Positions 39,622 through 47,943 of a stretch of DNA of 64,000 nucleotides are shown one piece after another. The stretch covers positions 96,001-160,000 of the forward strand of contig OZ255836.1 in NCBI GenBank assembly GCA_965277715.1, written 5' to 3'. The translations under genes and the position numbers were made by a program. Positions within the stretch are counted from its first letter, which is position 1; every line of letters starts with the position of its first letter. The notes under the pieces are model-generated. The model was not told where the DNA came from and did not search any database. It saw nothing but the letters and a program-made list of their open reading frames with translations. The stretch comes from Gammaproteobacteria bacterium. Its GTDB lineage: Bacteria > Pseudomonadota > Gammaproteobacteria > JBCCGL01.

Positions 39622-40270
39622 CTTTTATCCTTTCATTATGAGAGACAGAACTTAAAGTGATACATTCAGGACATCTCTGGCAACTAGAGAATGTATCTAC
39701 TTCATCATCATAGGAAGGGTTTCTGCAACTTGCAGTAAATTTAAAGATATCATCTGGCAAATAATTCACCTCTTCCTGTTTTGTTGGGGGATAAGGCCAC
39801 AAAAAACACTGTGGATGATCTTCGTTCCCCCAGATCAACCTTAAAATACGCACTGTGTAAGCGCGAAGAAACTGATAAATCTCGCTACCAGGATTCCAAC
39901 TCTTGTCTTCATCACTGTTCATGCTCAATAAAATGCGATCTTTACGGCAGAAAGAATGTGAAAGCGCTGAGTGTGCAGAAAAAAACATGGCGGTGGAGGT
40001 GTCTCTCGCAAAGTTCCTGAAACTTGTTAAGTTCACACTACTGCTGTCAAAGTGAAACTCCCTATATCTACTTAATAAGATAGGATGCATAAAGGAAATT
40101 GCCCGATCTTCGTAGGGTGCTGTATATGTCTTTTTCTTTCCGGTATCATCCAAAGCATATCGACTAATGTGGTGAGCATAAACATCGTCGTTAGTTTCGC
40201 GGAGAAGGCGAACCAATCCATAAGTACTGTCCAGTCCACCGCTCCACATTACAAGCGTTTTACGTTTCAT
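39608..40270 (-). CDS. QueC-like PP-loop ATP pyrophosphatase
   Basis: VMWSGGLDST PP-loop; C-terminal SC...CQRCPEC Zn site. Confidence 0.8.
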   Translation of the reverse strand: MKRKTLVMWSGGLDSTYGLVRLLRETNDDVYAHHISRYALDDTGKKKTYTAPYEDRAISFMHPILLSRYREFHFDSSSVNLTSFRNFARDTSTAMFFSAHSALSHSFCRKDRILLSMNSDEDKSWNPGSEIYQFLRAYTVRILRLIWGNEDHPQCFLWPYPPTKQEEVNYLPDDIFKFTASCRNPSYDDEVDTFSSCQRCPECITLSSVSHNERIKDALQ

Positions 40271-40452
40271 TTCCTGAGCTCCTCATTTATACAACTCGAT
40301 TAGGTTAAATAGCACTTGACATAGCTTTTCTGCCACGATTTGTGAAAACACAATCGAAAAGTATGCGTGAGACTAATTTGACTTGCTTTTTACCCTAGCA
40401 TATTCGTCTATATAGTGATGTTTTTACAGTAATTAAGTATTGCGATGAAGCA

Positions 40453-40647
40453 TCAGCGTGTGCTAAGCCAATTGCTCAGAGGGTTAATTATCATATAAAA
40501 TACAACCAAATAAATGAGAAAAAATGTAACTAACTCCACATAGGACAAGCTTTTTTCTGACATGAAAAGGACCAAAATAAAATAAATAACCGTAGAAATA
40601 ATCGTACTAAGAAGTGACATATATATATTTTTTCTTTTGATAAACAT
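40453..40647 (-). CDS. Small 2-TM membrane protein, candidate immunity protein
   Basis: GGAG RBS; 64 aa, two hydrophobic helices; follows the precursor. Confidence 0.6.
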   Translation of the reverse strand: MFIKRKNIYMSLLSTIISTVIYFILVLFMSEKSLSYVELVTFFLIYLVVFYMIINPLSNWLSTR

Positions 40648-40951
40648 TTTGATTCTCCAATTTTCATTTGGCTTTAATTATAGATGCGGAATAATCATTA
40701 AATTTAATTTTATGCAACTATTTTACACCTGAAAGCCAGGTTAACTAAAAACTAAAAATATTTAGTAACATAGCTATAAATAATGTCTTGCTTATATTTA
40801 TATTACTTAGTTTTCCGTATTATAAACTAGTAAAAAATTTCTGCATAACTAGAGACACTAACAAGAGTTTAAGGGTTAACCTATTCATTTTCAGGCGAAC
40901 GATTAGCTGTCTATTCACTAATATCCTGTTCTTGAAAAAAATTATCGCAAA

Positions 40952-40971
40952 GGGCATCTAAATTGATGCCC
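40952..40971 (-). terminator. Stem-loop after precursor gene
   Basis: GGGCATC-N6-GATGCCC followed by T-rich sequence on the minus strand. Confidence 0.5.
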
Positions 40972-41025
40972 ATTACCAGAAATACCCAAACTTAGTGCTT
41001 AAAAAAACGCCTCATTAATCCGCCA

Positions 41026-41364
41026 TTATTGACCCCCGCCACCATAACCGTTGCCGTTACGACCAGCACCGGCATAGCCGCGGGGATTACTAAGGCCAGA
41101 GGGATCACCAAAACAATTATCTGATCCGAGAGCGCCGACTACACCACCGCTCACCCCGCCAGCCACCGCGCCTGATAAAGCACCAGGTCCGCACCCGACG
41201 CCACCAGCAAGCGAACCTGCGGCACAGCCACCGGCTGCACCACCAATGGCTCCCTGCGCAGCAGCTGTTCCAATGTCACCGGCGCAGCTTCCACCACCTC
41301 CACCGCCCCCACCAAAACTGGTGGGTTCAAAAAGATCATCAAAACGAACATTTTCTAATTTCAT
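41026..41364 (-). CDS. Gly-rich bacteriocin/microcin-like RiPP precursor
   Basis: GAGGAG RBS; leader-like MKLENVRFDDLFEPTSFGG; poly-Gly; GxxxG-rich hydrophobic core; 4 Cys; Gly/Asn/Tyr tail. Confidence 0.85.
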   Translation of the reverse strand: MKLENVRFDDLFEPTSFGGGGGGGGSCAGDIGTAAAQGAIGGAAGGCAAGSLAGGVGCGPGALSGAVAGGVSGGVVGALGSDNCFGDPSGLSNPRGYAGAGRNGNGYGGGGQ

Positions 41365-41519
41365 TTACTCTACTCCTCAAAAATTACGAAGTGATTTGTA
41401 ATGCACCTCATTTAACTGGCCGAGAACAACCCGACCACCTTATTGAGTGTGATGGAAAAAACCACACTCAGCAATTGTCAACATTGCTGACAACTACATT
41501 CCTTACACTGAAGATATAT

Positions 41520-42656
41520 TTAATATCTCCAGAAATAACTGACCGACATGTTATGACTGTCAAGCGCATGCGCCTGATAAAACCAGCCAACGGGTTGAAT
41601 AAATAAATCACCAGGGTTCAGTATTATCGATAAGCATTTACTAGATTTCGACAATGGAAACAGTTGATAATCAGGTATCTCAGGTTTAAACCAACACGTC
41701 TGATAACTGTTATATCCCAGCATAGGGTAGAGCAGTTCTGATTGATCAGCTGAATATAAATCCAGTCGTTTACGCCCAATTACCTGACCCAGAAATTTGT
41801 GAAAGGGGTTGCGATGTAGATCTGATACTAGTAGGCGTGTCGGTATTATCCCCAACGATAACTTTGGAGGAGTGAAATCACCGTGATCAAAGTACGGTGG
41901 CCCAAAATCGGCAAACATTTCCACAGGCAAATTGACATTTTCGACATAAAGTTTCGAGAAAACATTGACCGCAACCTTCCGGGAGCTAGGTTTCAAACTC
42001 TTAAGCTCTTTGGCGAGTTCCCGAATAGTCTGCTGCGAAAACGTTGTGTGGAAGGGAATAACAACATCAGCATAGCGCTCAACTAAACATTCAAACGTCC
42101 AGTTCCTATATGGAACAATATTTTGTATTCCGTGAACTATCGTTGGCATACCTGCTTCCATCTGCTCTAGCACTTGCATTTGCGTTGGGCTTTCCAAATT
42201 AGTGGGCTGTTCAAGCTTTGCGTACCCCTTCAACATGTGTGTTTTTTCCGCACAACGCAGTCGCCTTTGCGTCTGTATCGACGGTCTCAAACAGGCTTTT
42301 GATAAATGTTTGACGAGATTAAGATCCCCCGAGAACTCCACTGCACCAACAATATCAGGCGCACACCAGTCAAAATACTCGCATTCATCAACAATTTGCC
42401 TGAGTGTTGTGATCGGCATACCAATCTCGGCTGCCACAGGAATACCCTGCTCCAGTTTCGACATAATACGCAGATGCTGCTGGTCAAATATGGCGAAAAA
42501 AGTGCTCTCAGGATATTCAAATATCCGAAACTGAACTGCCCCTCGTATACCGTAAGGGTTTTCAAAACCCTCCTGCAATAATTGGGCAAAAAGTGATATA
42601 GCTTCAACATTTGACTGCTGCACTTGTTCATGAGATAGATGACTCATGCATGACAC
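41520..42656 (-). CDS. SCP2-like plus JmjC/cupin domain protein
   Basis: VEFSGDLNL (SCP2-like); LHRNP...QVIGRKR..LY, LNPGDLFIQPVGWF...MSVSYFW (JmjC). Confidence 0.8.
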   Translation of the reverse strand: MSCMSHLSHEQVQQSNVEAISLFAQLLQEGFENPYGIRGAVQFRIFEYPESTFFAIFDQQHLRIMSKLEQGIPVAAEIGMPITTLRQIVDECEYFDWCAPDIVGAVEFSGDLNLVKHLSKACLRPSIQTQRRLRCAEKTHMLKGYAKLEQPTNLESPTQMQVLEQMEAGMPTIVHGIQNIVPYRNWTFECLVERYADVVIPFHTTFSQQTIRELAKELKSLKPSSRKVAVNVFSKLYVENVNLPVEMFADFGPPYFDHGDFTPPKLSLGIIPTRLLVSDLHRNPFHKFLGQVIGRKRLDLYSADQSELLYPMLGYNSYQTCWFKPEIPDYQLFPLSKSSKCLSIILNPGDLFIQPVGWFYQAHALDSHNMSVSYFWRY

Positions 42657-43093
42657 TCGCGGGAAAATGTACGAACTTTACTGCCTGTCCAGCGATTGAC
42701 CTTGCGCACTGAACCGTCTGAATTTCGGCGTAGGCTACTTGCAACCTGATTGGGGAATACGTTATTAGTCATGTCGCGTACGATGTCCTTGATGTTGCCG
42801 TGAGGCGTGATCCAGTCGTTAAAAAACAGCCTGTCACCACACTGCCATTCGCCACTGCAGAGTGAACGGCCCGTGATACAAATCGCTTGCTCAATACTGG
42901 TTGATAGCCACGCCCAGGTGACCATAGCGGTTGGCAAACCATCGCCATTTAAATAGATTCGTGCCTGATTAACGTTAAGCGCAGGCAATATTTCGGTGCG
43001 CATATACTTCCCTAGTTGAAATCGGCTGTGGTAACTGGATTGCGCCAGCAATTCGAGGGCATAGGCGGTGCTAGTGTAGTAGTCGAGGATCAC
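42644..43093 (-). CDS. HlyC/RtxC-family toxin-activating acyltransferase
   Basis: SSYH, ILPAL..NQ, VTWAWL, EWQCGDRLFFNDWITPHG, FP....SLRR. Confidence 0.9.
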   Translation of the reverse strand: MILDYYTSTAYALELLAQSSYHSRFQLGKYMRTEILPALNVNQARIYLNGDGLPTAMVTWAWLSTSIEQAICITGRSLCSGEWQCGDRLFFNDWITPHGNIKDIVRDMTNNVFPNQVASSLRRNSDGSVRKVNRWTGSKVRTFSRECHA

Positions 43094-44250
43094 CAGATCA
43101 CCTGCTTTCTTTGTCCACCATGCCGATCAACAAACATTGCCGACACGACCTTGTTACCAAACTGTTTACGCAGTGATTTAAGCAAACTTAAATGATCACC
43201 GAATGGTGCCGATAGTTTTGTTACATATAATCTATCCTGCGGATATCCACCAACTTCCCAAGCTATATAGCCGACAGGTTTACCTTTGTCAAAATGGATA
43301 AAAATCCTATTTTCGAATAGTTTTTCGCGAGCACTCAAGTAGTATTCATATATGGTCTTTTCTGGCTCTCCATGTGCATAATCCGTATCCAGCAGCAACA
43401 TTGCACCCAAACGTCGATAAATTTCACAAGTAGATATATCACCCACTGATTGTAGGGGGAAGTCCGGCAAATAATTTTCCCGATTACAACTGATTGATGC
43501 ATAGGGAATTATATTGCCCAAAAGTTCACTTAAGGCTTGCCCCGTGTATAGAGACCAAAGACTGGCAGCGTTACATTCTCTGTTCAGAACAATCGCGGCA
43601 ACACGTGCTAAGGGATAGTTCCAACGATATAAGTAAGTTTTGCCCGCCGATTTTAGTGCACTACGCAAACATTGTGCATCATCCAACAGATAAGCCCTAT
43701 TATCCCTCTCCCAGACAATACACATACTAGCATATAGTGCAGGCTGGTCATTTTTGACATAATCCATTAGTGCCTGTTCACCAATAAATGCACAAATTTC
43801 ACGATCAACTGGTGAAGCTACTGCAATTGGAGACACAATAGACTGTACTGCATGCGAAAATTCATGCGCCAGATTGAGTAGATCTCTTGCACTACCTCGA
43901 TAAGGGCAATAAATACGGGGGCGAGAAGTATCCGAATGATCAGTAAAAGGCTGCTTTATCACAGTAGCCTCACAACCGTATTCAACCAATGTCGAAGATT
44001 GCACATTTTGAATAGCTGCCGATTGATGTGGAAACCGTGCCGCAAGCGTAGTTGCCACAAAATCCAAAGCATCCGGCATGCGAATATTGGTAAGCTGAGC
44101 TGTGTTTTGAGTACTATAGTTTTCTTTTTCCTGCTCTTGAACGAGGCTCGCTGCTTCCGCTAGAAGATCCACACAATCTAGAACACTCAAACCCGTAAGC
44201 GACAACCAATCCTCAAGTGTAAATCGCTTTCCGTTATTTTCATCATTCAT
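43090..44250 (-). CDS. Minimal M3/gluzincin-like metallopeptidase fused to a divergent HlyC-like domain
   Basis: PRIYCPYRGSARDLLNLAHEFSHAVQ...REICAFIGE; C-terminal GKPVGYIAW...LSAPFGD...LRKQF. Confidence 0.75.
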   Translation of the reverse strand: MNDENNGKRFTLEDWLSLTGLSVLDCVDLLAEAASLVQEQEKENYSTQNTAQLTNIRMPDALDFVATTLAARFPHQSAAIQNVQSSTLVEYGCEATVIKQPFTDHSDTSRPRIYCPYRGSARDLLNLAHEFSHAVQSIVSPIAVASPVDREICAFIGEQALMDYVKNDQPALYASMCIVWERDNRAYLLDDAQCLRSALKSAGKTYLYRWNYPLARVAAIVLNRECNAASLWSLYTGQALSELLGNIIPYASISCNRENYLPDFPLQSVGDISTCEIYRRLGAMLLLDTDYAHGEPEKTIYEYYLSAREKLFENRIFIHFDKGKPVGYIAWEVGGYPQDRLYVTKLSAPFGDHLSLLKSLRKQFGNKVVSAMFVDRHGGQRKQVIW

Positions 44251-44589
44251 AGCAATCCTAACTTCACTAAAATTCCAAATAAACCTTCCCCAAAATATTA
44301 GATTCGTTAATCGATTTTGTCAACAGTCAGTTTTGTTTAATAGCAATTTTCACAGAAAAATAAATTTAAATAATTGATTTTATGAGATAATTTTTTAACG
44401 CAACAACAAAATCAACAGTTTATACGATCATGGCGTGTCAAAAAAACAGCTTGACGGTTTTAGCCTATCTTTGACAATTTATGCCTTATTTATTCACATT
44501 ACTATGCATGCTAGTTGGTTCCTGTGGGTTAAAGGGTGCTTGTGCTGGCAACAAATAACCTACCATAGAACCAGCTTTTTTTGTAATTA

Positions 44590-44623
44590 CTTCAAATGCT
44601 TACAGCATAAGGAAGTGCCATTC
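44590..44623 (-). repeat. Orphan MITE/IS end
   Basis: Reverse complement of the first 34 bp of the MITE at 44736, with 1 mismatch. Confidence 0.75.
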
Positions 44624-44735
44624 GAGTATGAGATCATGATTACAAATCACTAGGAAATAATGAGGTAATTATTCCTTGCAGATCATATAAAATACCACTG
44701 CTGTCCCGTTAAGAGGAAATAAAGAGATCTGAATA

Positions 44736-44944
44736 GAATGGCACTTCCTTATGCTGTAAGTATTTGAAAGTATTGGTATTATGTGCTTGGTTCAGATAAC
44801 TTGGCATATGGTTCTTGAAAGCAATATTTGTAAAACTATCCCGGTTATCATTGGCGGCAACTTTCAAAATATCATTTTTGTTTCTTAGAAAAAATAAATA
44901 AACTCTTTACTATCAGTTGCTTACGCCTTAAGGAAGTGCCATTC
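44736..44944. mobile_element. 209-bp MITE with IS4-like TIRs
   Basis: 16-bp TIR GAATGGCACTTCCTTA / TAAGGAAGTGCCATTC; flanks AGATCTGAATA / AGGTCTGAATA (11 bp, 1 mismatch). Confidence 0.8.
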
Positions 44945-44955
44945 AGGTCTGAATA

Positions 44956-46484
44956 CAATACCGCTACCTCAGGTTTAACCCAATGAATCTTTTAGCCTCT
45001 GAGAGGCCTTGATACGAGGTTCAGTTAACAGTGGGTAGGCTTTTGGTCGTCGTTTAATTGCCCTTGGTTGGGGTGATCGTTTTCTCCTGCCAATTAACGT
45101 TGAAGCGATTATCCTTAATAAGGAAGTGTACGCTTTTTGTATCATACTGGATGTTGAATGGATGAATTTAATATGAGCAATACCCAGTAGCTGTACCGTT
45201 GCCTTAAAACTTATTTGACGTGCTACTTCACCCTCTGTTTTTGCTGACTCTGCCATGCTACCCCGAATCAGGTTATAAGCCATAAAGGTTGTTGCTATTT
45301 CTTTTTCAACCATATCGGGTGAATGGCATCGCAACATATCCATTTTCAAATCTATTTTAATTGTACGAAAATCCAATTCAACTTTCCAACGTTCCTTATA
45401 CAGTGTTGAAAGCTCTTTCTTAGGGTAAGTATCAACCTCCAACAAAGTGCTAACATAGACTGTCCCATCCACTGAAAATTCTCGAACTGTCAGTGTTTTC
45501 GGCAATAGATCAAAGTCTGATTGCGACATCCAAACCGGTTTTCTTTTAGGTTTTTCCCACTCGATAAGATGATCTTTTGCACCAAGCGTTAACCCTGTTT
45601 TGTAATCCGCTTTCTTTTGTGCGTGATTCATTGAGACGAATGCAACCCCTTTCGATTGTAGAGCCGCTAAGACAGCATAAGTACAGTAATAGCGGTCTGC
45701 CAGTAACAGATCATTGGCGGTTAATGACGTCATCAGGGTACTGAATAATGACATTTCCCCTGTTCCCTTTCCTTGATACTCTCCCATTGCATAATCAATA
45801 ATAGCGCCAGAACTTAAAGAAATGAGTCCGACTATTCGAGCAATAGGAAAACCTAAACCCGGTTTTTGAGTCTGTTGCTGGGGGTATTTATGTTGATTTT
45901 TCTGGGTATCAGGCATGAGAACAGTGGTTCCATCCACAAGCACCACATTATACCCTTTCCATGTCCAAATTTTACCTGCTCTGGCATGTAACGTTGAACC
46001 GATTGAACGTACCTCCTGAAGTACCCACGACAGAGATAAACGTTGACGGGCTTTACAGTAAGGACCGCTATTAAAAGAACTTGGAAGCAGGTTTTCATGT
46101 AAACGATCAACTAGCAGACGGGCGACTGTTTCTTTACAACTGCCATTATCACTTAACACCTGCCAGAGAAATAAACGCAGTGTAACAAGTGGGGTGAATA
46201 CCCGGTCTCGATAGCTGCCCGATAGTTCGCTTAGGTCGTTTAGACGCTTGGAACAGAGTAAATTATTAAAGTCTCCTGTGTTTAACTGAAAAAAAACACG
46301 TTTGATCGTTTTAATTTGCTGTCGGATAGTGAATTTCATAGAATAGGTCAGCGTTAGGTTTTTTGGCGAAGTACTTGTGTGTTTTGTCGCTTACAAGGAT
46401 ACTTCAAAAGGAAACCTAACGTTACCCATCTATATGACTTTTAACGTTATTTTAGTTCTTCACCAAGCTGAGGTAGCGGTATTG
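44956..46484 (-). mobile_element. IS4-family IS, copy 2 (1529 bp)
   Basis: Same TIRs; near-identical to copy 1. Confidence 0.95.
44975..46339 (-). CDS. IS4-family transposase
   Basis: 454 aa; a few substitutions relative to copy 1. Confidence 0.95.
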   Translation of the reverse strand: MKFTIRQQIKTIKRVFFQLNTGDFNNLLCSKRLNDLSELSGSYRDRVFTPLVTLRLFLWQVLSDNGSCKETVARLLVDRLHENLLPSSFNSGPYCKARQRLSLSWVLQEVRSIGSTLHARAGKIWTWKGYNVVLVDGTTVLMPDTQKNQHKYPQQQTQKPGLGFPIARIVGLISLSSGAIIDYAMGEYQGKGTGEMSLFSTLMTSLTANDLLLADRYYCTYAVLAALQSKGVAFVSMNHAQKKADYKTGLTLGAKDHLIEWEKPKRKPVWMSQSDFDLLPKTLTVREFSVDGTVYVSTLLEVDTYPKKELSTLYKERWKVELDFRTIKIDLKMDMLRCHSPDMVEKEIATTFMAYNLIRGSMAESAKTEGEVARQISFKATVQLLGIAHIKFIHSTSSMIQKAYTSLLRIIASTLIGRRKRSPQPRAIKRRPKAYPLLTEPRIKASQRLKDSLG

Positions 46485-46495
46485 GGGTCGGGGCC

Positions 46496-47202
46496 GAATG
46501 CTTATTCATAAAAAAAGTGACTACGATATTCTTGCTATTACCCGCAACGAGTACATCGCCAAAGATGTCACGCTTTGGCACAAGATCAAAGATGAATGCA
46601 CCAAGCTGAACGTCAGCGCCTATGTTCGCATTCTCGCCCGTGATATTGAGTTTATTAATTACAAGCTTCATCAGGGACAGTACTTTTTTACCGAGATCAT
46701 ACAACAGGGTATCGCGCTTTATGACAGTGGAAATGTAGAGCTGGATGAAAAGCGACCGCTTGACCCTGCTGAAGAAAAGCGGATCATTCAAGCGGATTTG
46801 GATGAGGCTTTTTCAGCCGCTAAAGAATTTTATGAAGGCTGCGAATGGAATATGACAAAAGAGTACTTCAAGAGAGCTGCTTTCAATCTTCATCAGGCGT
46901 GTGAACATGCCTACAAAACTATTCTGCTGATTTTTGCAGGAGAAAGCCCACAAGAACACCATCTGAATGTTTTGGGCGATATGGCGGCAGACTACTGCCC
47001 AGATTTAGTTGGTGTAATACCCCGTGAAACCCCCGAACAAAAAGCGCTGTTTGAATTGTTGGACTATGCGTATATTGGTGCTCGTTATGATCGGAGTTAT
47101 AAAATTACCCAAGAGCAGTTGGCAGTTTTGATTCCCTGTGTGAAAAAACTGCATGAAGTGGTCGAGAAATGTAGTAGTGAGCGTATGGCGGGTTTTTGTT
47201 GA
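46496..47202 (+). pseudogene. MNT-HEPN fusion gene, 3' part
   Basis: KSDYDIL...GQYFFTEI...AAFNLHQACE...EHHL...AYIGARY. Confidence 0.9.
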
Positions 47203-47223
47203 TATATTGTCGATTGCATTTAT

Positions 47224-47943
47224 TTAATCTTTCAGCCAATCCGCATATGCCTCGACATCAATCATTGGTACCGTCCCGGCCATTTGTAATTGGGAGATCA
47301 GGCGAAATAGAAAACCCGTAGCTGCTGTTCTATCAGTATTGATCTGATATTTATCTGTTTTTTGATTCAAATAAAAAAAACCGTGTGAAGCAATACAGCC
47401 TAAATCAAGGTGTCCGCCCTCACTAGAACTGAGCGATTTGTCAAAGGAGTCACCGAATGGCGGTTTCCACTCAGATTCAAAAGTCAGCATCCCACCCAAG
47501 ATGTGGAACGGTTTTTTTGCCGGATATTTACCTCCAGCGTGTGGGATGGGTAAACTTGTTCGCTTCAGCCTACGAACGCTTGCAATTTTTTCCCGAGAAT
47601 AAGCGACGAGGCTTGCATTCATTGTCTGCTTGGCTTCAAAAACACCGTATACACTCTCAGCAGGGATGACCGTTGAGCCTTTGAATTTTTGAATAAATGG
47701 TGAGTATTGGCGATCAAAGATCACGACATCTATCTGATCGCTAAAGGTTCCCTCGCTATCTACAACGTGAGCTTTCTTTGCGTGATACCTAGCCGGAAGG
47801 TATTCCTGAAGCAACTCAAGCCAGACGCCTTCACTAGCATCTCCTTTCTCTGAAGGATGACCAATGCCCCTAGCTCGACACAACTGCCCCTGAATGTCGC
47901 TGTGCAGATGACCCAAGATTGTTTTGAGATTCCACTCTGTCAT
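47224..47943 (-). CDS. nucC: NucC cyclic-oligonucleotide-activated endonuclease
   Basis: KGDASEGVW, SDQIDVVIFDRQYSPF, PAESVYGVFEAKQ, RTSLPIPHAGG.YPAK, GTVPMID closely match CBASS NucC. Confidence 0.92.
   Translation of the reverse strand: MTEWNLKTILGHLHSDIQGQLCRARGIGHPSEKGDASEGVWLELLQEYLPARYHAKKAHVVDSEGTFSDQIDVVIFDRQYSPFIQKFKGSTVIPAESVYGVFEAKQTMNASLVAYSREKIASVRRLKRTSLPIPHAGGKYPAKKPFHILGGMLTFESEWKPPFGDSFDKSLSSSEGGHLDLGCIASHGFFYLNQKTDKYQINTDRTAATGFLFRLISQLQMAGTVPMIDVEAYADWLKD

Larger units (their letters stand above)
29734..46484. mobile_element. Composite transposon, 16,751 bp, 11-bp TSD GGGTCGGGGCC
   Basis: Direct IS4 copies at both ends; TSD at 29723-29733 and 46485-46495; interrupted gene rejoins in frame. 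Confidence 0.9.

Noticed and set aside
39608-40270. Canonical queC, or a QatABCD/Dpd defence system
   Set aside because: Lacks the QueC YGQ and VPxRN motifs and the partner genes (queD/queE, qatA/B/D, dpdA); context is a peptide cluster
31397-44250. Classical RTX toxin operon (hlyCABD)
   Set aside because: No large ORF with GGxGxD nonapeptide repeats; the only evident secreted-substrate candidate is the 112-aa peptide
46447-46791. 114-aa minus-strand ORF
   Set aside because: Antisense to the HEPN gene 3' half and runs into the IS end
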